Source: an uncultured Verrucomicrobiae bacterium
Lineage (GTDB): Bacteria; Verrucomicrobiota; Verrucomicrobiia; Chthoniobacterales; UBA10450
Direction: 5' to 3'
Assembly (NCBI GenBank): GCA_963772365.1
Contig: CAVYXA010000005.1
Span: 128,001 to 192,000 of the forward strand
Length of the DNA: 64,000 nucleotides
Part shown: piece after piece, positions 32,284 through 41,628 of the stretch
How the letters are laid out: every line of letters begins with the position of its first letter
Numbering within the stretch: the stretch's first letter is position 1
Program-made: the position numbers and the translations under genes
Notes under the pieces: model-generated
What the model was told of the DNA's origin: nothing
Databases searched by the model: none
What the model saw: the letters and a program-made list of their open reading frames with translations, nothing else

Positions 32284-32438
32284 GGTGGAACGCGTTGTCC
32301 TCAACGCCTTGGTGAACCTATGCGGCGGAGCCGCCTCACTAGCGCCTGCGGCGATTGTTTATCATCGCCTTCGGGGAAGCCGATCCACCATTTTCCAAAA
32401 AAATCTTGCCGGGTGAAACGCGATCTCCGAGCGCGTTG
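32284..32438. repeat. REP-like palindromic cluster (GGTGGA...TCCACC) plus a related partial unit
   Basis: GGTGGA at 32284 and TCCACC at 32384-32389 enclose hairpins (GCGTTG/CAACGC, GGCGAT/ATCGCC); GGTGAAACGCG...CGCGTT at 32412. Confidence 0.65.
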
Positions 32439-32552
32439 CTACACCCTGCTTCGCCGAAAGCGACAAATCGATCAGACATCCATTTAAATAGGTATGCCCG
32501 ATGCTTCGTCATATACTGACAAGCTGGTTTTTGTTGACCGGTTATCAGTTTT

Positions 32553-32792
32553 ATGGAAAAAAATCCATCGATGCCCCAGATCAAGGAGGATAAGGCCGAG
32601 CTGGTTAAGAACTCCGTCCTGTACAAGGAGTTCCTGGCCGAACGCGAGGAGATCCTGAAACACAAATGGATCGAGAGCGAAAAAGCCGGGAAAGACATCG
32701 GCTTTGAAAAAGCTCTGCTCGATTGGATCGTGAAACATCGCTCCAATTGGCGAGATCGAAGAATGAAGGAGGCGCGCACCGAATCCCGATAG
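32553..32792 (+). CDS. Small conserved protein (DUF4032-like)
   Basis: SVLYKEFLAEREEILKHKWIESEKAGKDIGFEKALLDW. Confidence 0.7.
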   Translation: MEKNPSMPQIKEDKAELVKNSVLYKEFLAEREEILKHKWIESEKAGKDIGFEKALLDWIVKHRSNWRDRRMKEARTESR

Positions 32793-32812
32793 AGATCGGG
32801 CCTAATTTTTTG

Positions 32813-32848
32813 TTCCTTTAACGGCGATCCCGTGAGGTCGCCAAGGAG
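32813..32848 (+). promoter_or_regulatory. PyrR-binding RNA element overlapping the pyrR ribosome-binding site
   Basis: TCCTT-TAAC-GGCGA-TCCCGTGAGG-TCGCC-AAGGA fits the CUUUAA/ARUCCNGNGAGGYU type loop; directly upstream of pyrR. Confidence 0.85.
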
Positions 32849-32852
32849 CGCA

Positions 32853-33410
32853 ATGAAAAACCAACCAGAAAAACTTACCGGCGGCCCGATGATGGACGGC
32901 GCCGCCATCGAACGCGGCCTGCGGCGTGTCGCGCACGAAATCATCGAGCGCAATCCGGATTTGCGATCGGTCGTGCTGGCCGGGATACCTTCGCGTGGTG
33001 TCGAGATCGCGCGTCGCATCGCCGAATTCATTCACGGAATCGAGAAGATTGAGGTCGACTCCGGCATCATCGATGTCGCGATGCATCGCGACGATGTCGG
33101 GACGCGCGCCGAACTGCCGGTAGTGCACGAATCCAAACTGCCGGTGCCGCTGGAGGGACGGACAGTAATCATTGTCGATGATGTTCTCTTTACCGGACGC
33201 ACCGTGCGCGCCGCCATGGATGCGATCAGTTCGTTCGGACGCCCAGCGCGCATTCAATTGGCCGTTTTGATCGACCGCGGTCATCGCGAACTCCCGATCC
33301 GGCCCGATTACGTCGGTAAGAATTTGCCGACACGTCCCAATGAAAAAATCCATGTTCGGTTTCAGCAGACCGACAACGAACCCGATGCAGTTTTTCTAGT
33401 GCGAACATGA
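32853..33410 (+). CDS. pyrR: PyrR regulator/uracil phosphoribosyltransferase
   Basis: [43 protein letters not shown]. Confidence 0.96.
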   Translation: MKNQPEKLTGGPMMDGAAIERGLRRVAHEIIERNPDLRSVVLAGIPSRGVEIARRIAEFIHGIEKIEVDSGIIDVAMHRDDVGTRAELPVVHESKLPVPLEGRTVIIVDDVLFTGRTVRAAMDAISSFGRPARIQLAVLIDRGHRELPIRPDYVGKNLPTRPNEKIHVRFQQTDNEPDAVFLVRT

Positions 33411-34336
33411 ACCCGCGCTGGACACGAAAAGATCTGCTCGGCCTGCGCGAACTTTCGGCCGAGGAAATCAATTTCATTCTGGAAACAGCCGATGCTTTCA
33501 AACAGGTCGGGACTCGCGAGATCAAAAAAGTCCCCGCTTTGCGCGGCAAGACGCTGGTCAATTTCTTTGTCGAACCCAGCACGCGCACGCGCATTTCGTT
33601 CGAGCTGGCCGCGCTACGCTTGAGCGCGGATGTCATCAACATTTCTGCCGCCACCTCAAGTCTTACTAAAGGCGAATCGCTCAAAGACACTGCGCGAAAT
33701 CTCGAAGCGCTCCTCACCGACATCATTGTCTTGCGCCACAGCTCCGCAGGTGCGCCGCAATTTCTGGCAAGTCGCTTGAAAGCCAGCGTGATCAATGCCG
33801 GCGACGGCGCCCATGAGCATCCGACTCAAGCGCTGCTCGATCTTTACACCATCCGCGAGAAACGCGGAACCATCGCCGGACTGCACGTTCTAATCATCGG
33901 CGACATTCTCTTTAGCCGCGTCGCTCGCTCGAATATTTTCGGTCTCACTAAATTGGGCGCCCGCGTGACGCTGGTCGGGCCGACCACGATTGTCCCGCGT
34001 GAATTTGAAAAACTCGGGGTCGCGATTTCGCACAACATCGACAAGGTTCTGCCCAACGCTGACGTGGTGAATCTTTTGCGGATCCAGCATGAGCGTCAGC
34101 GCAAGGAATATTTCCCGGGGATTGGCGAGTATCGGACCCTGTTCGGACTGACCAAGGAACGAGCCAAGCTTCTGAAACCGGATTGCCTGATCATGCATCC
34201 GGGCCCGATCAATCGCGGTGTCGAGATCGACAGCGACATCGCCGATGGCCCACAAAGTGTAATCCTCGATCAGGTCACCAACGGCCTCGCTGTTCGCATG
34301 GCTGTTCTCTATTTGTGCGGAGGTATCGCGACATGA
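33407..34336 (+). CDS. pyrB: Aspartate carbamoyltransferase catalytic subunit
   Basis: [27 protein letters not shown]. Confidence 0.96.
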   Translation: MNPRWTRKDLLGLRELSAEEINFILETADAFKQVGTREIKKVPALRGKTLVNFFVEPSTRTRISFELAALRLSADVINISAATSSLTKGESLKDTARNLEALLTDIIVLRHSSAGAPQFLASRLKASVINAGDGAHEHPTQALLDLYTIREKRGTIAGLHVLIIGDILFSRVARSNIFGLTKLGARVTLVGPTTIVPREFEKLGVAISHNIDKVLPNADVVNLLRIQHERQRKEYFPGIGEYRTLFGLTKERAKLLKPDCLIMHPGPINRGVEIDSDIADGPQSVILDQVTNGLAVRMAVLYLCGGIAT

Positions 34337-34358
34337 CAGATTTCCAAGTCAGCGATCT

Positions 34359-34516
34359 GGGTAGCGCACTCATTCTGAGTGCTGGTGATCGCATCCTGCG
34401 ATCACGAACTTTTCCCGAAAATCAACAAGCGCGTTTCGCGACTACAGCGACTACATTTAACAAAAGCTCTTCGCCGCAAAATGCGGCGACCAGCATGCTG
34501 CAAGCGTGCGCTCCCC
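34359..34516. repeat. REPIN-like element: two inverted double-hairpin arms
   Basis: Left GGGTAGCGCAC-hairpin-GCTGGT-hairpin-GAACTTT; right (reverse complement) GGGGAGCGCAC-hairpin-GCTGGT-hairpin-GAGCTTT. Confidence 0.75.
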
Positions 34517-34520
34517 TGCC

Positions 34521-35807
34521 ATGAACGCGACCGTTCTCCGCAACGGACGTATCATTGATCCCACGAACCAGCGTGATGAAGTTGGCGATGTTGGGATCGT
34601 CGATGGCCGAATTGTCGATCAATCCGAAGTCCGACGCACGAAAACCGAAACTGAAGAGATTGATGCCAGCGGATTGATCGTCGCGCCAGGGCTCATCGAC
34701 ATGCACGTGCATCTGCGCGAGCCGGGATTTTCTCACAAGGAAACGATCGAATCTGGTGCGCGTGCGGCAGCTGCGGGCGGATTCACCACGATCGTATGTA
34801 TGCCGAATACGTCGCCTGCCGCGGATAATCCAAGCACGATCGCCTGGATCAGAGATCGTGCGGCTCAAACTGCTTGCGTCAACGTGGTACCCACCGGCGC
34901 GATTTCTAAAAATATTGCCGGCGAAGAACTGGCGCCGATTGGATCCCTTGGCCGGGCCGGTGTGGTCGCAATCACTGACGATGGTCATTGCATTCAAAGC
35001 AATGAAGTGATGGGACGCGCGGTGGAATATGCGCGCATGGTTGGTCTGCCGGTCCTCGATCATTGCCAAGATTACAACCTGGTCGGCAATGGTGTCGTAA
35101 ATGAGGGCTTCTGGAGCACGCTCCTCGGGTTACCCGGCTGGCCGGCGGCCGGGGAGGAATCCATCGTGACTCGCAACGTCCTGCTCGCGGCAAATTACGA
35201 TCATCACATTCATTGTCAGCACATCAGCGCGGCCGGAAGCGTACGCTTGATCCGCGAAGCGCGAGCGCGCGGCGTTAAAGTCAGCGGCGAAGTTTGCCCG
35301 CATCACATTGCATTAACGGATGAAGCGATTCAGAATTTCGATACGAACTTTAAGATGAATCCGCCTCTGCGAACACAAGCGGATGTCGATGCAATTCTGG
35401 ACGGAATCGCCGATGGGACGCTATCGATCCTGTGTTCCGATCACGCGCCCCATGCCGGGTTTGAAAAGGAAGTAGAGTTCGATCAGGCGCCGTTTGGAAT
35501 CATCGGGCTCGAGACTGAACTCGCATTATTTATCGATCTGCTCGTCCACAAACATCGCAAGATCGACATCGTCCGCCTGATCGAGATATACACGGTTGAA
35601 CCGGCCAAATTATTGAAACTTGATGCCGGCACTTTGTCGGTCGGGGCGCGAGCCGATGTTACGCTGATTAATCCGGATCTGGAATGGACCGTTAGCATCG
35701 ACAATTTTCAATCTCTTTCGCGCAACTCGCCTTTCGATGGCTGGAAACTCAAAGGCCGCGCCGTGCGGACAATCGTGGGCGGAAAGACGGTGTGGCAGTT
35801 GCGTTAA
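34521..35807 (+). CDS. pyrC: Dihydroorotase
   Basis: DMHVHLREPG, MPNT, KMNPPLR, SDHAPH. Confidence 0.95.
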   Translation: MNATVLRNGRIIDPTNQRDEVGDVGIVDGRIVDQSEVRRTKTETEEIDASGLIVAPGLIDMHVHLREPGFSHKETIESGARAAAAGGFTTIVCMPNTSPAADNPSTIAWIRDRAAQTACVNVVPTGAISKNIAGEELAPIGSLGRAGVVAITDDGHCIQSNEVMGRAVEYARMVGLPVLDHCQDYNLVGNGVVNEGFWSTLLGLPGWPAAGEESIVTRNVLLAANYDHHIHCQHISAAGSVRLIREARARGVKVSGEVCPHHIALTDEAIQNFDTNFKMNPPLRTQADVDAILDGIADGTLSILCSDHAPHAGFEKEVEFDQAPFGIIGLETELALFIDLLVHKHRKIDIVRLIEIYTVEPAKLLKLDAGTLSVGARADVTLINPDLEWTVSIDNFQSLSRNSPFDGWKLKGRAVRTIVGGKTVWQLR

Positions 35808-35822
35808 TTAGCGCACCTACCT

Positions 35823-36272
35823 TCAGGCGACGTATCCGCCGTGGATGTAGCTCTCGAGATGCTCGATCGCCGCGCTCTGACAGGAAATGATGTGTTTGAC
35901 CAGGTCGCCGATTGAAATGACACCGACGACGGTATCACCGTCCACCACCGGCAAATGCCGGATGCGTTTGTCCGTCATCAGCCGCAGGCATTGGTCAACC
36001 CCTTCGCAAGGATGAGTCGTAGACACATCGGTAGACATGATCTCAGCGACTTTCGTTTGGCGCGATCGTTTCCCGCGCAGGAAAACCTTGCGGGTGTAGT
36101 CGCGTTCCGAGATGATTCCCACCAGTTTCTTTCCCTCCATCACCAGTAATGCTCCGACATTTTTTCCGTCCATCATTTCGATTGCCTCGAAGACGGTGGA
36201 ATCAGGCGAGATAGAAAAAACGTTACCGTCTTTCTGGTTCAGAATGGCACCGATATGTCCGCTCACGTCCAT
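35823..36272 (-). CDS. CBS-domain pair protein
   Basis: GIISERDY, RIRHLPV, SIGDLVK. Confidence 0.9.
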   Translation of the reverse strand: MDVSGHIGAILNQKDGNVFSISPDSTVFEAIEMMDGKNVGALLVMEGKKLVGIISERDYTRKVFLRGKRSRQTKVAEIMSTDVSTTHPCEGVDQCLRLMTDKRIRHLPVVDGDTVVGVISIGDLVKHIISCQSAAIEHLESYIHGGYVA

Positions 36273-36395
36273 ATCAAATTGGATAGCGTCAGAGAATACG
36301 TCCGAAGCATTGAGGGACGCAATCCAATTCTCGCGTCGGCTAATCTTGGGAGAACAGTGCTTCCGGAGGCAATCCCTTGAGCGGCAGTGCAGATT

Positions 36396-36829
36396 TTAAC
36401 AGGTCAAGCAGACTTCCTCGCACCACGCTTTAGTGCGCTCGCGAATCTGGTCTCGAATCTTCCGTGTGCCTTCCAGTCTCCGCGCCCGGGTTCCACTCAG
36501 CGCTGCCGGATCCGCAAAGTTCCAGTGTAAACGCATGGTTACGCCGGGAAATATCGGACAACGCTCCGCGTTGCTCTCGTCACATACGGTAATCACATAG
36601 GAAAAAAGTTCGCCCGATTTGAAGAGATCGAAAACCGATTGGGTCCGGTTTTTGGAAATGTCGATTCCAACTTCGGCCATGGCTTCAATAGCCAGGGGGT
36701 TAAGCGTTCCCGGTTCAAGGCCGGCGCTGTGTACTTCAAACTTGTCGCCACAGATCTGGTTCAGGAACGCCTCCGCCATTTGGCTGCGTGCGCTGTTCTG
36801 GACACAGATAAACAACACTTTTTTTTCAT
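36396..36829 (-). CDS. arsC: Arsenate reductase (LMW-PTP type); the ATG at 36829 is out of frame across an A8 run, in-frame GTG at 36818
   Basis: [34 protein letters not shown]. Confidence 0.85.
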
Positions 36830-37683
36830 GAGGTGATTAGTCTCGGGGAACAGGCAATTTTTGTCGGTGGTTCGCCATCAACGGACGTCGAAAATGGGTT
36901 GTAATGTACAAGCTCAACACGGCCGTCATAGTGCTCTACCAGAGTCGAGCAACTTTCCACCCAATCGCCACAATTGTAATAAATGACCTCGCCAAAGCGT
37001 CGAATGGCAGCGTTGTGAATATGACCGCAAAGAACGGCATCTACCGAAAATTGCCGGGCGTAACGGATGATTTCCTCCTCGAAGCGACCAATAAAACTTA
37101 CCGCGTCTTTCACCCGCTTTTTTGCATAAGCGCTGAGCGACCAGTAACCGAGACCAAAGCGTCTCCGGACAAGATTGATGAACGGGTTTAGCGAAAGCAA
37201 AAACTGATAGCCAATGTCGCCGAGAAATGCGAGCCACTTTGCGTTCTGGACGACAGTATCGAGCTCGTGGCCGTGAATAATCAGGATGCGCTCGCCTATT
37301 GCAGTCTCGTGAATCGTATTAGCGCTTATCTCGATATTGCCGTAGCTGCCTATGAAATCCGCAACCAGCTCGTCGTGATTTCCTGGAATGTAAACCACGC
37401 GCGTGCCTTTTCTGGCCTTGCGCAGGATTTTTTGAATTACATCGTTGTGCTGCTGTGGCCAGTAACGTCCGCGCCGCATCGACCAGATATCGATTAAATC
37501 GCCAACGACATACAGGTTGTCGAAATCGTAATCGCGGAGGAATTGGAGCAGCGCCATGGCATTGCTCGTTCGCGTGCCGAGATGAATGTCGGATATCCAG
37601 GCGGTTCGAACGCGTTTTGCCGGCCCGACTGGATCTGGCGGCGCTTCGAATGAAAAACGGGGCTCGACACTTAGGATCGACAT
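36826..37683 (-). CDS. UDP-2,3-diacylglucosamine diphosphatase-like metallophosphoesterase
   Basis: [31 protein letters not shown]. Confidence 0.85.
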   Translation of the reverse strand: MSILSVEPRFSFEAPPDPVGPAKRVRTAWISDIHLGTRTSNAMALLQFLRDYDFDNLYVVGDLIDIWSMRRGRYWPQQHNDVIQKILRKARKGTRVVYIPGNHDELVADFIGSYGNIEISANTIHETAIGERILIIHGHELDTVVQNAKWLAFLGDIGYQFLLSLNPFINLVRRRFGLGYWSLSAYAKKRVKDAVSFIGRFEEEIIRYARQFSVDAVLCGHIHNAAIRRFGEVIYYNCGDWVESCSTLVEHYDGRVELVHYNPFSTSVDGEPPTKIACSPRLITS

Positions 37684-37706
37684 GTTACCGAAGGAATTGT
37701 TGAATA

Positions 37707-37743
37707 GAAAGCCCGCCGAGGACGCGCTCCCCGGCGGGCTTTC
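37707..37743 (-). terminator. Intrinsic terminator downstream of the porin gene
   Basis: GAAAGCCCGCCG/CGGCGGGCTTTC perfect 12-bp stem with short T-rich tails. Confidence 0.7.
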
Positions 37744-37809
37744 GTTGACCTAACCCGTTAAGCTCTAGTAATCCGATCAGAATTTGAACTGGTTGAGAAT
37801 TAGTGGTGC

Positions 37810-39351
37810 CTAGAATTTCACGCTCAGATCGGCTTGGAATAACTGGTATTTATCCAGCGGATTGATGCCGATATCGCCCGCTCCACCGGTGCCAAGGGCT
37901 TCATCCACCCGCCACGCATAGGCGTAAGTGAGTTTGAATGTGATCGCATCGGCGAGGTTGTAAGCGGCCGAGGCGACCAGCCCTTCCATATTGACGCGAG
38001 CGTCGAACAGATCTGAGTCCACCAGGTTGGGATCGAGAGCGTATTGCTCGGTGTGCTGCCACCAACCTTTCAGTTCCCAGTCATTTTTTTTCTTCAACTG
38101 ACCGACGCCCACGCCTCCCAGATAGGCATAACGCTGATCTCCCTTGTCCGGATGGAAAGCCGCGGTGGCGCGATCGTCGCCGTCGAAATTCACCGCAAAA
38201 TCCCCAAAAACACGCATCGGCAATTTACCAAGCTTCCATCCGAATTCGCCCGGCACATCAAAGACCAAAAGGCTGTTTACCCCGGTTTGGTTGAATCCCG
38301 GATCACCCACGTAATGGGTATAGAACGTATCACCGGTTCCGGTGTAATTATAAATGGTAGGCGCAAGCTGGAAGTAAAACTTCTTCGGAAAATCAAACTT
38401 CGCTCCCACCTGCCAGCCGAGCAGGAACGCATCGGTATTCGGCACTCCGGACGGCCGCGGCCCGATCGGGTTTTCCGGATTTGAGTCGTCGTAAACGAAT
38501 TGCCCGAAATTGGCGAAGACGTCGATCTTAAGCATCGGTTCGGCCGGAGCAGGAGCAACGACACCCTTTCCATCCTTGCTATACGATTCCATCGGCACGG
38601 CCTCGCCGCCGATTGCGAAGGTGTGCTTCCATTGTTCCGCCAGACCTTCGGGGTTAATGTCGTCATCCCAAACCAGGTCAGTAAAGACAAACGGGATCGG
38701 CATTCGCCCGGCGGTCAGAGTGATGTCGCGAAATCCCTTGTAGCCGAGGTAGGCCTGACCAACGCTGATTCGATCGCTATCCTTCGAAAAAGGTCCGTTC
38801 ACCCCGGAATCATCGCCAAAGGTGATGTTCGTCGAACGTGGGCTGGTGCTCGTCTCCAGACGCAATCCAAAGAACCAGTCGTCCGTCAATTTGCCTCTCA
38901 GCCCAAGGCGGACGCGATAGCGTTCACGCTTGCGCTCCAGCCAATCACTTGGATTGAAGAAATCATCCGATGGCAGCCTGCCGCCACGATATTCGTAACG
39001 AACGCGAGCATCGCCATAAAGTTCCAGCTCGGTCAGCGGGGTTGAGAGTTTCCATTTCTCGGCACTGGTCTTTTCAACGGGAACGCTTTTTTCCACGTAT
39101 GTTTTTCCGTCATACGTCGTTTGCGTTTTCATCGGCCCTTCGGCGGGAGCGGCCGGGCCTGATACCGCGTGCTTTCTTAAGCTATGGACTTCCGCTTCCA
39201 ATTCGGCGTTCCGTTTTTGCAATTGATCGACCGCGCGCTCGAGCTTTTCGAGGCGCTCGGAATCGGATGGTGTCTCACCGTGTAATGGTTGCAGAGCCAG
39301 TAAGGCAATGGCGGCGAAAACGCCGCTTTTTAATACAAAGCATTTGTTCAT
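37810..39351 (-). CDS. Putative outer-membrane porin (Porin_5-like)
   Basis: Signal peptide, coiled coil, GDARVRYE, RERYRVRLG, LVWDDDINPEG, terminal Phe. Confidence 0.8.
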   Translation of the reverse strand: MNKCFVLKSGVFAAIALLALQPLHGETPSDSERLEKLERAVDQLQKRNAELEAEVHSLRKHAVSGPAAPAEGPMKTQTTYDGKTYVEKSVPVEKTSAEKWKLSTPLTELELYGDARVRYEYRGGRLPSDDFFNPSDWLERKRERYRVRLGLRGKLTDDWFFGLRLETSTSPRSTNITFGDDSGVNGPFSKDSDRISVGQAYLGYKGFRDITLTAGRMPIPFVFTDLVWDDDINPEGLAEQWKHTFAIGGEAVPMESYSKDGKGVVAPAPAEPMLKIDVFANFGQFVYDDSNPENPIGPRPSGVPNTDAFLLGWQVGAKFDFPKKFYFQLAPTIYNYTGTGDTFYTHYVGDPGFNQTGVNSLLVFDVPGEFGWKLGKLPMRVFGDFAVNFDGDDRATAAFHPDKGDQRYAYLGGVGVGQLKKKNDWELKGWWQHTEQYALDPNLVDSDLFDARVNMEGLVASAAYNLADAITFKLTYAYAWRVDEALGTGGAGDIGINPLDKYQLFQADLSVKF

Positions 39352-39548
39352 GGATCTGATTCTTTCTTCTTGGGTTGAGGTGATTAGGCTGATGCAATTG
39401 CCAGCTCGGGACGCCGTGCTCCCACGTCCCAAGCCAGTATGCGGGCGGAGCCTAGAATGCGATTGTTACAGTTTGATGACGCTCAGGTGACGATTCCGAA
39501 AATTTTTCCGGATGCCCGGCATCCAGAAAACTGAGACTATTCGAATCG

Positions 39549-39953
39549 TTAGGGCTGCGTGCCTGTCGGCGAAGCGGTCGCCGTTTCTGCTGGTGATTGC
39601 GAAGACTGTGGATTGCTCGCCGAAGGAGAAACTGCGGGAGCAGCAGGCGAAGGAGAAATGGACGGCGCGCCTTGAGTTTTTTCCAGCTCACGTCGAAGCG
39701 CTCTTTGCCCGACGCTTTTGTGAGCATACAGAATCGACAAGGCAAAGGTCAGCACGAAAAAGATCCCAGCCAGCCAGGCCGTGATTTTCGTGAGCACATT
39801 CGTCGTTTGCGCACCGAAGATGTTTTCCGTCACCGCTCCGCCAAATGCCGCCCCCAGGCCTTCGCTTTTCGGCCGCTGCATCAGGACCACAAGCACCAGG
39901 AGAAGGGAAACGAGAACAAAAATGGCGAGCAATAAATTCGTCAGAATCGACAT
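39549..39953 (-). CDS. secG: Preprotein translocase subunit SecG
   Basis: VLMQRPKSEGLGAAFGG, LTKIT. Confidence 0.92.
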   Translation of the reverse strand: MSILTNLLLAIFVLVSLLLVLVVLMQRPKSEGLGAAFGGAVTENIFGAQTTNVLTKITAWLAGIFFVLTFALSILYAHKSVGQRALRRELEKTQGAPSISPSPAAPAVSPSASNPQSSQSPAETATASPTGTQP

Positions 39954-39976
39954 CGGGACGGGCAATATGCCAAGTA

Positions 39977-40004
39977 AATGACGAATGTCGAATAACGAAT
40001 GCCG
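39977..40004. repeat. Four tandem 7-mers (AATGNCG-like)
   Basis: AATGACG AATGTCG AATAACG AATGCCG. Confidence 0.7.
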
Positions 40005-40041
40005 GAAGAGACAGCCGCTGGTTCCAGCTGATCATTTGCCA

Positions 40042-40812
40042 CTAAACTCTTCTCATTTTCACCTGATTCCAAATCGCGTCCAGCTCGGCAAGATCGACAT
40101 CGCCCAGCCGTTTGCCTCGTGCTTGAAGCTCATCCTCGAGGCGGTTGAAGCGGGCGACGAACTTGTCCGTAGCTTTTTGGAGCGCGGCCTCGGCATCGAT
40201 GTTGCATTTGCGGGAAAGATTCGTCACGGCGAACAGCAGATCGCCAATCTCGTCTTCCATTGCTTCCCGGATCTGTGAGTCAATGGCTGCTCGGGTCTCC
40301 TTCATTTCTTCCTCAACCTTTGCCTGCACGTCGCGAATTTCTTTCCAATCAAAATTCACCCGGGCGACTTTCTTTTGCGCTTTTTCTGCACGGACCAGCG
40401 CCGGCAATGCATCGGGAAGACTCGACAGATAATGCGTGTCGCTCTTTTTCTCCGAGCGCTTGATCGCTTCCCATTGCTTGATCACGGCGCTGCTGCCGCG
40501 CACATCGCTGGTCCCAAACACGTGCGGATGCCGGCGGATCAGTTTCTCCGTTACTTCCTCAATGACATTGTCGATGTTGAATTTTCCCTTTTCGCGGGCG
40601 ATCTCCGCATTCATAACGACGAGGAGAAGCAAATCGCCGAGCTCTTCTCGAAAATTTGCCGTGTCCTTTTTGCGAACAGCACCGGCTACCTCGTAAGCCT
40701 CCTCTATTAACGCCGGCAACAAAGATTCATGCGTCTGTTCCCGATCCCAGGGACAACCGCCCGGCGCGCGCAGCTTCGTCACGATCTCGCAGAGCTTCTC
40801 AAATGCAGTCAT
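40042..40812 (-). CDS. mazG: Nucleoside triphosphate pyrophosphohydrolase
   Basis: GCPWDREQT, EEAYE, EELGDLL, RRHPHVF, EIGDLLF. Confidence 0.95.
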   Translation of the reverse strand: MTAFEKLCEIVTKLRAPGGCPWDREQTHESLLPALIEEAYEVAGAVRKKDTANFREELGDLLLLVVMNAEIAREKGKFNIDNVIEEVTEKLIRRHPHVFGTSDVRGSSAVIKQWEAIKRSEKKSDTHYLSSLPDALPALVRAEKAQKKVARVNFDWKEIRDVQAKVEEEMKETRAAIDSQIREAMEDEIGDLLFAVTNLSRKCNIDAEAALQKATDKFVARFNRLEDELQARGKRLGDVDLAELDAIWNQVKMRRV

Positions 40813-40845
40813 TCGGACAGAATCCCGTTGCACTGACCATCGAAG

Positions 40846-41565
40846 TTAAATCCGCCACAGCGAACGGTGGGTGCCGAATTCGGAAATCTCACCGGACGTT
40901 CTCTTGCTTACGTAAATGGTAATGCCAATGACGACGGCGAATGTTGCGACGAACACAAAAGCCACCAGCCAGGATGGGATGTGACCAACGCTCAGCGCGT
41001 GGTAGAAATCGGGTAACCCCTCCATTGCATGCGGAGCATGCAGAAAAATCTTCGTGATCCAGGCGATCAAAATCAGGATGAAAATGAAAACGTAATTTCT
41101 TTTCAACCGGCGCCCGATCGCTTCCAATTTGGTGATTTTAAAACTGGGAAGAATCAGATCTTCGCACACCAATTTCTTCCATTCGCCCTGAAGCATGTCG
41201 CGGTTTTCCATTATCATCGGCACCAGGAAATGAGCTTCCAGCATCCGGACCCGGGCCCGGAATGCATCGTAGAATCGGTATCGGCGCGCTTCGATCCAGA
41301 GCATTACCCAGACAATGGCAAGATTGAAAAAGAAGATGATGTGAGGCACTTCGGGAGCGGAAAACGCAATGGTAATGATGGCTGTGCTGCTGGTAATGGC
41401 CCAATTGGTGGTGATGTCGAGCCGTTGCCGCCAGACCATGATGCGCCCCAATTCACCGCGATAGAAATGTGACATGGCATTGACATATCCCGGGTCGTAA
41501 ACGCTGCGTTGCCAGGAGACGGTCGCTTCGTTCGTCAGATGATCGGGAGTATTTTCAGCTGCCAC
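40846..41565 (-). CDS. DUF2270 membrane protein
   Basis: HFYRGE, WRQRLDITTNWA, IEARRYR, RRLKRNY. Confidence 0.85.
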   Translation of the reverse strand: MAAENTPDHLTNEATVSWQRSVYDPGYVNAMSHFYRGELGRIMVWRQRLDITTNWAITSSTAIITIAFSAPEVPHIIFFFNLAIVWVMLWIEARRYRFYDAFRARVRMLEAHFLVPMIMENRDMLQGEWKKLVCEDLILPSFKITKLEAIGRRLKRNYVFIFILILIAWITKIFLHAPHAMEGLPDFYHALSVGHIPSWLVAFVFVATFAVVIGITIYVSKRTSGEISEFGTHRSLWRI

Positions 41566-41628
41566 GGTTCTCCGCTAATTGAATACCTACCTTTGCCCTG
41601 ATAATGCAATAAATCTCATCGTTCGAAA

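Noticed and set aside
34620..34652. Degenerate CCGAA heptamers inside pyrC as another coding insertion
   Set aside because: Too degenerate to distinguish from a normal variable loop
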